DNA of 64,000 nucleotides from an uncultured Candidatus Binatia bacterium (lineage in GTDB: Bacteria; Desulfobacterota; Binatia; Bin18), in NCBI GenBank assembly GCA_965214605.1, contig OZ243961.1, positions 3,648,001 to 3,712,000 on the forward strand. The letters run 5' to 3'. Of this stretch, positions 1-10,939 are shown in pieces. Made by a program: the position numbers and the translations under genes. Position 1 is the stretch's first letter. Each line of letters opens with the position of its first letter. Below the pieces are notes generated by a model. That model worked only from the letters and a program-made list of their open reading frames with translations, did no database searches and had not been told where the DNA came from.

Positions 1-7
1 CCACGGC

Positions 8-1870
8 CTAGGGTGAATGGATCGCTACACGTTCAGTCCTATCCATGTCGGGGCTGTTGGCCGGAAAGGCAATTGCCCGTAGTTCCTCACCGGTAAGAGT
101 TTCTCTTTCCAGCAGAGCCTGGGCTGCGTTCTTTAACACCTGGATTTTGGAGCGCAGCAGCTCTGTGACCCGCGCATATTGGGTATCAATGATACGCCGG
201 ATTTCCGTGTCAATAGCTTGGGCGGTGTCCTCACTATAGTCGCCCGATCTGGGGCTTTGGCCATTTGGTAGAAACAGTGGCTGGTGCTCTTGATCAAAAC
301 TGATCTGACCCAGCTTGTCGCTCATACCGTAGGCTTTGATCATGTTTTTGGCGATATCGGTGGCTTTGAGCAGATCGTCCCGTGCGCCGGTTGAGATTTC
401 CTGATAGATGATCTCCTCGGCAACCCGGCCGCCTAGGTACACGGCGATTTTGTTCTCCAGCTCGGATTTGGTGATCACAAAGCGATCTTCGGTCGGCAGT
501 TGTAGCGTATAGCCCAGGGCGGCCACTCCGCGTGGAATAATCGAGATTTTCTGCACCTCATCGCTGCCTGGCAGCGACAGAGAGACTAGGGCGTGACCGA
601 TCTCGTGATGCGCTATGCGCTCTTTTTCCGCCTTGTTGAGCACCCGGTTCTTCTTTTCTAGACCGGCAACCACCCGCTCGACCGCTTCCTGTAGCTCAGG
701 TAGGCCAACCGAGTCTTTGCCCATGCGGACCGCCAACAGTGCTGCCTCGTTGATAATGTTGGCTAGGTCGGCCCCAGCAAAGCCCGGGGTCATGGCCGCT
801 ATGACATCTAGGTCGGCGTCCGGGTTGAGTTGCACATTGCGCGCATGGACTTTGAGAATCTCTCGCCGGCCGATCTTATCTGGGCGATCGACCACCACGT
901 GGCGGTCAAAGCGGCCGGCCCGCAACAGGGCTTGGTCTAAAATTTCCGGCCGGTTGGTGGCGGCCATCAGGATCACCCCGGTGCGCTGATCAAAGCCGTC
1001 CATCTCGACTAGCAGCTGATTGAGGGTCTGTTCTCGTTCTTCGTGGGACACCGGGCCGATCCCCCGAGCTTTGCCCAGTGCGTCTAGCTCATCCACAAAA
1101 ATAATACATGGCGCCTTCTCTTTGGCCTGGACAAACAGGTCGCGTACCCGGGCCGCCCCCACCCCGACGAACATTTCCACAAACTCTGAGCCACTAATCG
1201 AAAAGAACGGCACGCCGGCCTCACCGGCAACGGCTTTTGCCAGCAAGGTCTTGCCCGTCCCCGGTGGCCCGACCAGCAGAATCCCCTTGGGGATTTTGCC
1301 ACCCAGCCGGGCGAATTTTTCGGGTGTCTTGAGAAATGCAATCACCTCTTGGAGTTCGGTCTTGGCCTCGTCCACACCGGCCACGTCGTTGAAGGTGACT
1401 TTGACGTCTTGCTCCATGTAGACCTTGGCCTTGCTCTTGCCAATCGACATAAAGCCGCCGCCCAGACCCTGCTTTTGGGCAAACCGGCGCATGAAGAACA
1501 GCCAGATGCCGACAAAGAGCAGCACCGGGATAATCCACGACAAGAAATCACGCAGGAATGTCGTCTCAATTTCCCCGGCAAAGCGGAGATCGCTCATGGC
1601 CAGCTTGTCAGCCAGATCAGGTTCAACCCGAATGGTCACAAACTGCCGTGGCTGACCTTCCAAGGGGCGCTTGAGCGTCCCCTGAATATAGTTATTGCTG
1701 ATCCGGATTTCTTCGATCAGATCCTCGTCGAGATAAGCCTGAAATTGGCTGTAGGGAATCTGTTCGATCTGGGTGGCCTGGAGCCACAGATTGTGTAACA
1801 GGATCACTCCCCACAGCGCGATGAAAACATACCAGATGTTAAAACGGAGCTTATAGTCCATTTTCTTCAT
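8..1870 (-). CDS. ftsH: ATP-dependent zinc metalloprotease FtsH
   Basis: Two N-terminal TM segments, Walker A GPPGTGKT, Walker [31 protein letters not shown], zinc motif HEIGH. Confidence 0.97.
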   Translation of the reverse strand: MKKMDYKLRFNIWYVFIALWGVILLHNLWLQATQIEQIPYSQFQAYLDEDLIEEIRISNNYIQGTLKRPLEGQPRQFVTIRVEPDLADKLAMSDLRFAGEIETTFLRDFLSWIIPVLLFVGIWLFFMRRFAQKQGLGGGFMSIGKSKAKVYMEQDVKVTFNDVAGVDEAKTELQEVIAFLKTPEKFARLGGKIPKGILLVGPPGTGKTLLAKAVAGEAGVPFFSISGSEFVEMFVGVGAARVRDLFVQAKEKAPCIIFVDELDALGKARGIGPVSHEEREQTLNQLLVEMDGFDQRTGVILMAATNRPEILDQALLRAGRFDRHVVVDRPDKIGRREILKVHARNVQLNPDADLDVIAAMTPGFAGADLANIINEAALLAVRMGKDSVGLPELQEAVERVVAGLEKKNRVLNKAEKERIAHHEIGHALVSLSLPGSDEVQKISIIPRGVAALGYTLQLPTEDRFVITKSELENKIAVYLGGRVAEEIIYQEISTGARDDLLKATDIAKNMIKAYGMSDKLGQISFDQEHQPLFLPNGQSPRSGDYSEDTAQAIDTEIRRIIDTQYARVTELLRSKIQVLKNAAQALLERETLTGEELRAIAFPANSPDMDRTERVAIHSP

Positions 1871-1919
1871 GGTCTAATTCTAAGTCTCCTGAGGGGGTGC
1901 ATCAAGCCTAGGCAGCGTC

Positions 1920-3404
1920 TCACTGGTCGAGAACGGAATTGGGGCGGCAGGCGGAGGCGAACAGGGCGTTTGTATCCATGGTACTGGCCAAGGTGTTGGC
2001 AAGTTCGTCCAGGGATCGCTCAACGCGCGACTCGTAGTCGAGCTCTGAGGCGGTATTGGTACAGATGCGCTCTAACCAGGCTCGCCGATAGGCGTCGTTG
2101 GCAAACAGGCCGTGCAGATAGGTGCCCTCGACACGCCCGCTCTGACTGCGCGCGCCGTCAGCGCCCGTGGTCAGCTGGAACATCGGCTGGCTGAGTGCTG
2201 GCCCGTGCGACTGGCCGGTGTGGATCTCATAGCCGGCAACCAGGGCGCCGCTGAGGGCGCAATGTCCCTGGGCGACGCGAACGATTTTGTGGTCGAACAT
2301 TGTGGTCTCAAGCTCAAGCAGCCCCAGCCCGTCAACCGACCTTCTCGGACCGTCAGCGCCCGAAGGATCGTGAATACGCCTACCTAGCATCTGAAATCCA
2401 CCGCACACCCCCAACACCTGGCCGCGGTGGCGAGCATGGGCAATGATGTCATGGTCCCAGCCTTGGGTGCGTAGAAAGGCCAGATCGCCAATCGTCGATT
2501 TGGTGCCAAATAGAATGACGACGTCCACATCGCGAGGGATCGGCTGACCGGGCGGCACAAAGGCAAAGTCCACATGCGGCTCCAAACGGAGCGGGTCGGC
2601 GTCGTCAAAGTTGGCCATACGGGACAGCATCGGAGCGGCAATCCGTATCCGTCCGGCGTGCTCGGCGCGCGTCTGGGGGAGCGGTACGGCATCTTCGGCC
2701 GGCAGGTGGGCCGCGGAGGGCGTCCAGGGGATCAGGCCAAAGCACGGCCAGCCGGTGCGGCGCTCAATGGCTGAGATACCGGCTTCAAACAAGGTCGGGT
2801 CTCCTCGAAACTTGTTGATCGCAAAACCGACAATCAGTCTGCTGTCCTCGGGGTCCAGCACGGCCTGCGTCCCCACCAGGGCGGCAATGACGCCCCCACG
2901 GTCGATGTCGCCGACAAGACAGACCGGAATGCCGACGCGCCGGGCAAAGCCCATGTTGGCAATGTCGCCGGCCCTCAGATTGATCTCTGCCGGACTGCCG
3001 GCCCCCTCGACAATGACGAGTTCGTGATCCGCAACGAGCCGTCCGAAGCTCTCCATAACCACGGTCATCAGACGAGCGCGGCCGGCCGGGTAGTCTCTGG
3101 CCTCCAGCAGGCCCACCGCCCGCCCGCGAACGACGAGCTGCGCACCGCGGTCGGTCTGCGGTTTCAAGAGCACTGGGTTGAAATCCGGCTGCGGGGTCAG
3201 TCCAGCGGCCCGAGCCTGGAGAGCTTGAGCACGGCCAATCTCCCCGCCGTCGGCGCAGGCCGCGGCATTGTTGGACATGTTCTGCGGTTTGAACGGGGCA
3301 ACGCGAATTCCGCGCTGCCTAGCAAGCCGACACAGCCCGGCGACAATGACAGACTTACCGACATTTGATCCAGTTCCCTGAACCATGATGACCCGCGCGC
3401 TCAT
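1920..3404 (-). CDS. cobQ: Cobyric acid synthase CobQ
   Basis: MVQGTGSNVGKS, FKPQNMSNN, EGAGSPAEINL, GATase nucleophile GVCGGFQMLG, GYEIH, GTYLHG. Confidence 0.96.
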   Translation of the reverse strand: MSARVIMVQGTGSNVGKSVIVAGLCRLARQRGIRVAPFKPQNMSNNAAACADGGEIGRAQALQARAAGLTPQPDFNPVLLKPQTDRGAQLVVRGRAVGLLEARDYPAGRARLMTVVMESFGRLVADHELVIVEGAGSPAEINLRAGDIANMGFARRVGIPVCLVGDIDRGGVIAALVGTQAVLDPEDSRLIVGFAINKFRGDPTLFEAGISAIERRTGWPCFGLIPWTPSAAHLPAEDAVPLPQTRAEHAGRIRIAAPMLSRMANFDDADPLRLEPHVDFAFVPPGQPIPRDVDVVILFGTKSTIGDLAFLRTQGWDHDIIAHARHRGQVLGVCGGFQMLGRRIHDPSGADGPRRSVDGLGLLELETTMFDHKIVRVAQGHCALSGALVAGYEIHTGQSHGPALSQPMFQLTTGADGARSQSGRVEGTYLHGLFANDAYRRAWLERICTNTASELDYESRVERSLDELANTLASTMDTNALFASACRPNSVLDQ

Positions 3405-3491
3405 AGTCGGTCTGTGTGTCTAGCATACTGTCAGCGTCGCGTCCGCCCCGCTTGACTCTGTGCCCGGCCTCGGATAGAGGAGAGAGCACGT

Positions 3492-3675
3492 CTGCTTCAG
3501 GTGCCCATTCAGGGTAAAAACGGGAAGCCAGTGAGAAGCTGGCGCGGTCCCGCCACTGTGATGGGGAAGCGGGTCTCGACAATGCCACTGCCGGTCAGAC
3601 ACCGGTGGGAAGGCCGGGACAAGCGCCGGGGCGCATGCCCCCGCACCCCTCAGCCAGGAAACCTGCCTGAAGCCC
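3492..3675 (+). ncRNA. Cobalamin (B12) riboswitch upstream of btuB
   Basis: Hallmark elements in order: GGTGC, AAACGGGAAGCCAGTGAGAAGCTGGCGCGGTCCCGCCACTGTGA, GCCACTG, GGGAAGGC, B12-box CAGCCAGGAAACCTGCC; sits 5' of a TonB receptor/ABC operon. Confidence 0.93.
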
Positions 3676-3824
3676 TAAACCAGCCTCTCCGCGGAGAGAG
3701 AAAGGTTGCCGTATGATGATTTTGCCCACCCGCGTACCGACATTTGGCCCTTTTTGCGCGGTTCTCTGTCAGCATACACCTGCTCCTGTCTGCTCTCCGC
3801 TGTTGGCTTCCTCGAGGAGGGAAG

Positions 3825-5834
3825 ATGGGAATATATGCTATGGCTTTCGTCCTGTGGGGGCTGAGCGTCTTGCCGGTGGCGGCCCAAACCACCAAGGTCC
3901 CAGCCCCAGGGGCTGAGCAGCCTCAAGAACGTTCCCGCGTTGTCCCCTTGCCCCACATCGTGGTCACCGCCTCGAAACTGGAAGAACCGCTCTCACAGCT
4001 TTCAAACGCGGTCACAGTGGTGACGCGAGAAGAGATTGAGCAACGCCAGACGACCGACCTGTTTGAACAGCTACGCGAGGTGCCGGGCTTGATCTTTGTC
4101 GCGCAGGGCGGCCGGGGCGGGGTGACATCCCTCTTTGCCCGTGGCGGTGAGTCCGACCACAACCTGATTCTGATAGACGGGGTGAAAGTCAATCGGCTCG
4201 GCGGCTCTTTCTCTTTCAACGACCTGACGACCCTTGGCGTGGACCGTATTGAGGTCGTGCGCGGTCCACAAAGCGCCCTGTATGGCTCGGACGCCATGAG
4301 TTCGGTCATCCAACTCCTGACGCCGCGCGGACAGGGACCAGTGCGTGCCACGCTCGGCTTCCGCGCCGGCAACCCCCATACCTTTGAGGAGCGTGCCGGC
4401 ATCTCGGGCGGCACGAACCTGTACGGCTACACCCTTGCTGTCGAACGGATTGACACGGAAGGCGTCCTGCCGGTCAACAACGACTTCAGCAACACGACGG
4501 TTGCCTCGCGCTTTGACCTTGACCCGCACGACGATCTGCACCTAACCACGACCGTTCGTTACATCGACAGTCGGTTCCATTTTCCGACCTCCAACGGCGA
4601 CATTATCGACCGGCGTAACAACGAGCTGGACCCGCACAGATATACTGACATCCGCCGTTTGATTCTTGGCCCACGGGTCGTCTACCGGCCCACGGCATGG
4701 TGGAGACACCGCCTGCAACTCGGGCTGACGCACACCTGGTGGACCTACCGCGATCGTGAAGATCCAGACGTTTTCCCGCACTCCTCGAATCTAACGAAAT
4801 CGCGTGAGTCCCGCTTGTCCGCCGACTATTCGTCTGATTTATTCCTGCCAACCGTGTATGCGGTCTCGCCCATTTTTACCCTTGGCGGCTACGTCGAAAG
4901 TGAGCATCTGAACCACAAATACCACGCTACCAGCAGCTTTGGCCCATCCCGTTACAAACGTGTCGAGAGTCGGAACGCCCAGGCCTTCTATACCCAACTT
5001 CGCCTGGCTTGGCGTAAGCTGCTGTTCATCACCTCTGGGTTCCGGCTCGACGACGCCTTTCGCTATGGGATCCACCTCAACCCTCGTGCCTCAGCCGCTC
5101 TGGTCGTGCCCGGCCCCAACACCAAGCTGCGCGGCGGCTACAGCGAAGGGCTTAGAGCCCCGAGTTTTTGCGAGAACTTCTCGTGCTATTCGGCCTTTAG
5201 CCGCGGCAACCCGCACCTGAAGCCGGAAGAATCCAGAAGCTGGGAAATCGGCCTTGACCAACCGCTTGAACTGGCCGGGCTGGGTGCGGAGCTGAGTCTG
5301 ACCTGGTTCTCGAACCAATATAAAAACCTGATTGCTTGGCGGAGCGCTCCAGCCCCAGCCCCGAACTTCGTCAATGTCGAGCGCTCCCGCAGCCGCGGAC
5401 TTGAAGCCGGCGCACGAGCGACTCTGCCCTACGGCTTGTCGCTACGCGGCGCCTATACCTATCTGGAGACAAAAATCTTGGAGGGCCAAGACAGTGGATC
5501 GTATGCGAAAGGCGGGCCGCTCATTCGCCGGCCCAAGCACGTCGGGGCTGTGAACCTGAACTATGCCGGCGAGCGACTGAACGCTAACTTCCACCTGTAC
5601 ATCAAAGGCAATGTCTCTGAGTATAGTTTTGCCTCCGGGGGCGGGGTGCTGCACGACGGCTACGAGCAGGCGGACCTCGCCCTGTCGTATCTGCTGTTTG
5701 AGAATAGGTGGGGTCTGCGTGCCCTGACTGTGGAGGGACGGGTGAGAAATCTGTTTGACGCCGACTATCAAGAGGTCGTGAATTTCTCGTCTGCAGAGAC
5801 GACCTTTCTGGCCGGCTTCCGGGCCGAGTTCTGA
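3825..5834 (+). CDS. btuB: TonB-dependent cobalamin receptor (BtuB-like)
   Basis: ATG 3825 after GAGGAGG; signal peptide, IVVTA TonB box, plug motifs LIDGV and IEVVRGPQSALYGSDA, C-terminal F; preceded by B12 riboswitch. Confidence 0.88.
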   Translation: MGIYAMAFVLWGLSVLPVAAQTTKVPAPGAEQPQERSRVVPLPHIVVTASKLEEPLSQLSNAVTVVTREEIEQRQTTDLFEQLREVPGLIFVAQGGRGGVTSLFARGGESDHNLILIDGVKVNRLGGSFSFNDLTTLGVDRIEVVRGPQSALYGSDAMSSVIQLLTPRGQGPVRATLGFRAGNPHTFEERAGISGGTNLYGYTLAVERIDTEGVLPVNNDFSNTTVASRFDLDPHDDLHLTTTVRYIDSRFHFPTSNGDIIDRRNNELDPHRYTDIRRLILGPRVVYRPTAWWRHRLQLGLTHTWWTYRDREDPDVFPHSSNLTKSRESRLSADYSSDLFLPTVYAVSPIFTLGGYVESEHLNHKYHATSSFGPSRYKRVESRNAQAFYTQLRLAWRKLLFITSGFRLDDAFRYGIHLNPRASAALVVPGPNTKLRGGYSEGLRAPSFCENFSCYSAFSRGNPHLKPEESRSWEIGLDQPLELAGLGAELSLTWFSNQYKNLIAWRSAPAPAPNFVNVERSRSRGLEAGARATLPYGLSLRGAYTYLETKILEGQDSGSYAKGGPLIRRPKHVGAVNLNYAGERLNANFHLYIKGNVSEYSFASGGGVLHDGYEQADLALSYLLFENRWGLRALTVEGRVRNLFDADYQEVVNFSSAETTFLAGFRAEF

Positions 5835-5846
5835 GGAGAGAGGGCG

Positions 5847-6788
5847 GTGTGGCTGATATCGGCCTGGGGGACACAGCTCCGGTGGGTCGCCGGTGTACTG
5901 AGCACGGTGCTGCTGGTCGCCTTAGTCTACCGCCCCCATGCCTTGCGTGGCGAAGCCATGTCGGCGCGGTTTCCGCCCCAGCGGATTGTGTCCATGACCC
6001 TAGCCGCGGACGAGATTCTGTTGGCTCTGCTGCCGCCCGAGCGGCTGCTTGGGCTGACCTATCTGTCCGACGACCCGCGTTATTCAAACAGCGTTGCTCT
6101 CGCGGCCCGGGTCCGGCACAAAGTCTCTGCCAACGCCGAGCAGGTGATCGCCTTGCAGCCGGATTTGATCATTGCCTCAGCTTCGGCCTACACTGGGACG
6201 ACCGCCCGCCGCTTCATCCGTGAGACCGGCATCGCTCTGCTCGAACTGCCCTGGCAGAGTTCGTTTGCCGGAGTGCAAAAAAACATCCTGGCTATCGGTC
6301 GGGCGATTGGTACGCCGGCCCGGGCGCAAGTTCTGGTCGCGGACATGGAGCGCCGGATCCAAGCCGTCCAAGAACGGCTGGCCGGCGCGCCGCGGCCCCG
6401 CGTGTTGTTCTACTTTCCCGGTGGCTTCAGTCCCGGCAGAGGGACAACGGTCGATGAGATGATCCGCCTGGCCGGAGGGCTGAATGTCGCCGCGGCCGCT
6501 GGGGTGCGCGGTGTCAAACAGCTGTCCCGGGAGAGCCTGATTAGCCTCAACCCGACGGTCATCCTAGTTGGCGGGTGGGCCGGCCATCCCGAAGGTGGCA
6601 GTCTGCGGCCCCTGCTGCTGGCAGATCCAGGCATGAGGGAGATTGACGCAATTCAGACCGGACGGGTGTCCGTTGTTCCCCATACATATGTCGGTTCGCT
6701 CTCGCACTATATTGTGAACGGCGTTGAGGCGATGGCCCAGCAGCTCCATCCCCAGGCCTTTGCCGGGGCAGAGGCCCGACGGCTATGA
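5847..6788 (+). CDS. btuF: Cobalamin/iron ABC transporter substrate-binding protein (BtuF-like)
   Basis: PQRIVSM, EQVIALQPDLII, LNPTVIL motifs of TroA/FepB-class binding proteins; operon context. Confidence 0.82.
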   Translation: MWLISAWGTQLRWVAGVLSTVLLVALVYRPHALRGEAMSARFPPQRIVSMTLAADEILLALLPPERLLGLTYLSDDPRYSNSVALAARVRHKVSANAEQVIALQPDLIIASASAYTGTTARRFIRETGIALLELPWQSSFAGVQKNILAIGRAIGTPARAQVLVADMERRIQAVQERLAGAPRPRVLFYFPGGFSPGRGTTVDEMIRLAGGLNVAAAAGVRGVKQLSRESLISLNPTVILVGGWAGHPEGGSLRPLLLADPGMREIDAIQTGRVSVVPHTYVGSLSHYIVNGVEAMAQQLHPQAFAGAEARRL

Positions 6789-7867
6789 GTACGGTGGCTC
6801 GGGCCGCGTTCGGACGCTGGAGCCCAAGAGCACGGGGTTGGCTCCGGTCCGGTTGGTGGTTGGCTGCGGGTGTTGGGCTGCTTCTGGTGTCGATGTTGAC
6901 CGGCCTGGCAGTCGGGGCCGTACCAATCCCGTTGGAGACCACCGCCCAGGTGTTAGCCAAAGGCATATTAGGGCTGGAGGTTGACGGTCAAGAGCGCGCC
7001 CAGGCCACAATTGTGTATCTTCTGCGGTTTCCGCGGGTACTGACCGCCGCCTTGGTCGGGGCCAGCCTGGCACTGTCCGGGGCGCTCATGCAGGGATTGT
7101 TCCGCAACCCGCTGGCTGACGCCGGGCTGATTGGCGTGTCCAGCGGCGGGGCGCTGTCCGGGGCGCTGGTCATGAGCGCTGGACTGGCCGCTGGCGCTTC
7201 TTTTGCCCTGCCCCTGGCGACTTTTGGCGGCGCGCTGGCGACCGCCTTTGGGGTGTATTTTTTTGCCACCCGTCGGGGCCGAACTGCGCTGACCCATTTG
7301 CTCCTGGTCGGGATTGCCGTCAACGCGCTATTTGGAGCGCTGACTACCTTTGTGCTGAGCATGGCCGAGTACGAGGTCTCGCGCCAGCTCCTGTTTTGGC
7401 TCATGGGCGGACTCGACGGACGCAGCTGGCCTCATGTGCAGATGATGCTGCCGTTTGCGCTGGGCGGATTTCTGCCAGCGTTTTTTTTGAGCCGGGATCT
7501 GAATATTTTGAGTCTGGGCGAAGAGACAGCAACCACCCTGGGCTTACAGGTTGAGCGTGTCAAGCGAGTGCTGCTGGTGCTGTCGGCCCTGCTGGCCGGA
7601 GCGGCTGTGGCGGTGAGTGGAACGGTTGGCTTTGTTGGGCTGGTCATCCCCCACGCGATACGGCTGCTGGTCGGTCCCAACCACCGTGCGCTCCTGCCCG
7701 CCGCTGCCCTGGCCGGAGCCATTTTTTTGATCTGGTGCGATGTGTTGGCCCGCACCCTGGTACCCAGTGAGGAGCTGCGGCTGGGGATTATTACCGCCTT
7801 TGTGGGCGCGCCTTTATTTCTCAATCTGCTGCTCCGCCAAGAGCGGAGCCAGCGAGGGGTGACGTGA
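6785..7867 (+). CDS. btuC: FecCD-family ABC permease (BtuC-like)
   Basis: RFPRVL, QGLFRNPLAD, LGEETATTLG, GFVGLVIPH motifs; multiple TM; 4-bp overlaps with neighbours. Confidence 0.88.
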   Translation: MSTVARAAFGRWSPRARGWLRSGWWLAAGVGLLLVSMLTGLAVGAVPIPLETTAQVLAKGILGLEVDGQERAQATIVYLLRFPRVLTAALVGASLALSGALMQGLFRNPLADAGLIGVSSGGALSGALVMSAGLAAGASFALPLATFGGALATAFGVYFFATRRGRTALTHLLLVGIAVNALFGALTTFVLSMAEYEVSRQLLFWLMGGLDGRSWPHVQMMLPFALGGFLPAFFLSRDLNILSLGEETATTLGLQVERVKRVLLVLSALLAGAAVAVSGTVGFVGLVIPHAIRLLVGPNHRALLPAAALAGAIFLIWCDVLARTLVPSEELRLGIITAFVGAPLFLNLLLRQERSQRGVT

Positions 7868-8652
7868 GCCGACCAGCTTTCAGCCTTGAGCGGCTGGGCT
7901 ATACGATCGACCGGACGCCCATCTTGCACGACATTTCGTGTGATATCCCGTCCCGTCGCTGGATCGGCATTTTAGGGCCGAATGGGGCGGGCAAATCAAC
8001 CCTGCTCCGAATTTTGGCCGGTGTCCTCGTCCCCTCAAGTGGGAGGGTGGTTTTAGAAGGACGTGCCCTCGCTGACTGGCCGGTCCTCGAACGTGCCCAG
8101 CGGCTGGCCTTTGTCCCCCAGCACACAGATCTCACCTTTCCGTTTCAGGTCCGCGAGGTGGTGGAAATGGGTCGGACCCCTTATCTGCGCCGCTGGCAGA
8201 CTGTTGGACGACAGGATAAACAGATTGTGAATGCGGTGATGGACCGGACGGAAACGGCGCGGCTGGCCGCCCGCGAGGTGACGAGTCTGTCGGGTGGCGA
8301 GCTCCAGCGCGTTGCCCTGGCCCGGGCGCTGGCCCAACAGCCGGACTTCCTGCTGTTAGACGAACCAACGGCTAATCTTGACCTGCGCCGCCAGTTTGAG
8401 GTGATTGAGATTCTGGAAGAGATGGTGGCCAACGGGGGCACGGTGCTGACCGTCTTGCACGATCTAAATCTGGCCGCTGCGGTGTGTTCGACCCTCATCC
8501 TGCTCCGGGCTGGCCAGGTCTACACCCTGGGCCCGCCGGCCCAGGTGCTGACTGTCGAGACCATCCGTACGGTGTATGAGGTCGATGTGGTCATTCAGCA
8601 CCATACGCCGACAGCTGCACTCCAGATTGTTTCCGTCCGCACACCACGTTGA
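7864..8652 (+). CDS. btuD: ABC transporter ATP-binding protein (BtuD/FepC-like)
   Basis: GPNGAGKST, LSGGE, LLLDEPT, VLHDLN. Confidence 0.88.
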   Translation: MSRPAFSLERLGYTIDRTPILHDISCDIPSRRWIGILGPNGAGKSTLLRILAGVLVPSSGRVVLEGRALADWPVLERAQRLAFVPQHTDLTFPFQVREVVEMGRTPYLRRWQTVGRQDKQIVNAVMDRTETARLAAREVTSLSGGELQRVALARALAQQPDFLLLDEPTANLDLRRQFEVIEILEEMVANGGTVLTVLHDLNLAAAVCSTLILLRAGQVYTLGPPAQVLTVETIRTVYEVDVVIQHHTPTAALQIVSVRTPR

Positions 8653-9144
8653 GGCGGCCAACGCCATCTCTGGCAGTGACAAATCTAGTTTGGACTGGAC
8701 AAGAGTCCGCGGCCGCCTGCCTTTCTGGTCAGACATTTTTACGGACACGGGCGCTACACCGGACGCTCGGGTCGCTTCTGCAGACTCCGGGAAGTGCGTG
8801 GACGTTTCCTGTCACTACGCAGCTGGGTGAATTATCCCTCAGCCGCCGGGCGAACCGATCGCCGCCCGGCGCTGGTGATTCTTGGCCTCGGGCCCCTGCT
8901 AGCCACACGCTTGAGAGGCGGTCCATAGATCGGTTGAATTTGATGGTGAAACCGGCTGTGTCCCCGACCGTCCGTATGGCGCCGACCACGGCCGGGCCCG
9001 CAACGTGGGACTGCCGACGGCTATCGAGGGGCGCCTCGAAGTCAAACAATCGGCTGGGCGGTTTGGGGTGTATGTGATTTTTTGGCTTCGGCAGGTGGCG
9101 AGCGGTGAGACAGAAAACGAAACAGACCGGACAGCCACTCGTTT

Positions 9145-9681
9145 CTATTCCAGATGCGCGCGGACAAAGGCTTGCACGGCGGAAAATTCACCCTCAACCA
9201 CGGCCGGGTTCGGCAGGCCTGCAATGTCGGCGCGCTCATCGAGGTAGGCGACCAGCGGTCGGCCGTAACGGAGGGCTAGGGCGACCTCACTGGCTGTTCC
9301 TGATCCGCCGGGCAGGGCAATCAGCACCTCGGAGCTCAGGATATTGATATGGTTGCGAGACAGAGGCTCGGTCCCGTGTTCGCCACTCAGCGCCAGGTGG
9401 GTATAAATCGGAATCTCAACCCAGGGATTGGGATAGCCCGCTTTTGGACCGGATAGGGGGTCGTCTGCGGCGCTGGGAATAATGCCGATGACCAACCCCT
9501 TGCGTCCGGCGGTCTCGGCAAACGCCTGGCTCACGCTCCGCATCACACCGCCGCCACCGCCGGTCAGCAGGTGGACACCGGTCTGGGCTAGCCAGGAGCC
9601 GACCTGACGGGCCCGGGCGGTGTGACTCTGGGTGCCAGAACCCATAACGCCGACAATTGGTCGGCGGGGAGACACAGACAT
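9145..9681 (-). CDS. LOG/SLOG-family Rossmann-fold nucleotide-binding protein
   Basis: IVGVMGSG, LLTGGGGGVM, SRNHINILSS, LPGGSGTASE; ATG 9681 follows the upstream stop. Confidence 0.8.
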   Translation of the reverse strand: MSVSPRRPIVGVMGSGTQSHTARARQVGSWLAQTGVHLLTGGGGGVMRSVSQAFAETAGRKGLVIGIIPSAADDPLSGPKAGYPNPWVEIPIYTHLALSGEHGTEPLSRNHINILSSEVLIALPGGSGTASEVALALRYGRPLVAYLDERADIAGLPNPAVVEGEFSAVQAFVRAHLE

Positions 9682-9685
9682 ACGC

Positions 9686-10315
9686 CTAGCGGGGAGCGTG
9701 TTCCAGCAGCCGTTCACGCACCCGCACGATGCGCTCCGCACCCCAGAACAGTTCCCCATTCACCACATAGCTCGGCACGCCAAACACGCCGCTGCCCTCG
9801 GCTTCGTCCACAATCCGGTCGTGCTCTTGGCGTCCCTCGCCGCCCAGGTAGTCGAGAAATCCTGAGGCGTCGACGCCGACCTCGGTCAAGATGCGACTGA
9901 TGAGGTCCGGGTTCTCAATATCGAGTTCACGCCGCCAGAAGCGTTCATAGACCGTGTCATGATAGGCTCGGAAATCAGCCCGGTGTTTGGCGTACAGCAT
10001 ACCGATGTGGGCGACCGAGCTATCAAAGATTTTCCGCGGACCGCGGATCACCAAACCCCGCCGGTTGGCCTCGCGCCGACAGTCCATATAGCTGTACTTT
10101 ACCCGTCGCCACTGGTGGGCGTTACGGCTTTCGCTCAGAACCTTCCCCCCGGGGTCAACTTCGGCCGATCCCAGAAAACTCGGGATGTTCAGAGTGAGCG
10201 GCAGCCAGTCGATCTCAATGTCAAAATCCCGGGCCAACTGATAGGTTGCCTCTTGGGCCAAATAGGCGTAGGGGCTTTTGTAATCAAAATAATGGGTGAT
10301 CTTCTCTAGGGCCAC
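9686..10315 (-). CDS. 2-hydroxychromene-2-carboxylate isomerase / kappa-GST DsbA-family protein
   Basis: YFDYKSPYAYL N-terminal motif and GVFGVPSY...ELFWGAER C-terminal motif. Confidence 0.88.
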   Translation of the reverse strand: MALEKITHYFDYKSPYAYLAQEATYQLARDFDIEIDWLPLTLNIPSFLGSAEVDPGGKVLSESRNAHQWRRVKYSYMDCRREANRRGLVIRGPRKIFDSSVAHIGMLYAKHRADFRAYHDTVYERFWRRELDIENPDLISRILTEVGVDASGFLDYLGGEGRQEHDRIVDEAEGSGVFGVPSYVVNGELFWGAERIVRVRERLLEHAPR

Positions 10316-10319
10316 AAGC

Positions 10320-10823
10320 CTACCTCCGTCCCGTGCTTACCCGGCAAACAGGATATCTCTTCCGCTGGCAAAATGGGTCAAGCTCCTGCGGCAACAACAG
10401 ACGCCGGTCAGGGGCGAACACTCGTCGAGCAATCTCCAGATTGATGGATGGAATTTGGTCCAAAGCCTCGATTTCCTCAAGCGTCAGGTAGGCCGCTCGA
10501 TCGACCTCGTCATTGTCTGGCCGCGGCCTGCCTCTCACCGGATGCAGCAGCAGCACGATGTAGATACTGTTGCCAATCTCCAGATCGTAGCGGTTGCGTA
10601 GACCTAACACGCCGTCGACCGCGGCCAGCACTCCGGCTTCTTCTCTGACCTCTCGAATCATCGCCTGTTCTACGGTTTCGTCGGGCTCGACAAAGCCGCC
10701 GGGTACCTGCCAGTTGCCGCGCCCCCGGCGTGAGGCTCGACGGACGAGCAGCAGACGGTTGTCACACGCCACCGCGCCGCCGCCGAGATTATAGCCGGTG
10801 TGATATCGCTCGGGGAGTACCAT
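10320..10823 (-). CDS. NUDIX hydrolase
   Basis: Nudix box GGFVEPDETVEQAMIREVREEAG. Confidence 0.88.
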   Translation of the reverse strand: MVLPERYHTGYNLGGGAVACDNRLLLVRRASRRGRGNWQVPGGFVEPDETVEQAMIREVREEAGVLAAVDGVLGLRNRYDLEIGNSIYIVLLLHPVRGRPRPDNDEVDRAAYLTLEEIEALDQIPSINLEIARRVFAPDRRLLLPQELDPFCQRKRYPVCRVSTGRR

Positions 10824-10939
10824 GCGGGTAAGATGCTAGCTTGTCACTTCTGTGGTGGCTTTGCAAGCTGTCTGTAGGATTGACAGCGGTGCTCATCTCA
10901 GACCATACAGGAGTGAACACAGTGAACGGGAGAACAGGC

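Noticed and set aside
8-1870. Functional link between this FtsH and the LpxC fusion
   Set aside because: They are 40 kb apart with no shared operon; co-occurrence in the window is not evidence
1-2000. Apparent abundance of CTAG as a methyl-cytosine deamination signature
   Set aside because: About 9 sites in the first 2 kb by eye, close to random expectation for this GC content; needs a genome-wide count
8649-9140. Short ORFs and possible IS ends after btuD
   Set aside because: No recognisable protein motif, transposase or convincing terminal inverted repeat pair
10320-10390. Possible frameshift at the NUDIX C-terminus (alternative frame LTHFASGRDILFAG*)
   Set aside because: Needs homolog alignment; the annotated frame also terminates normally before the next gene
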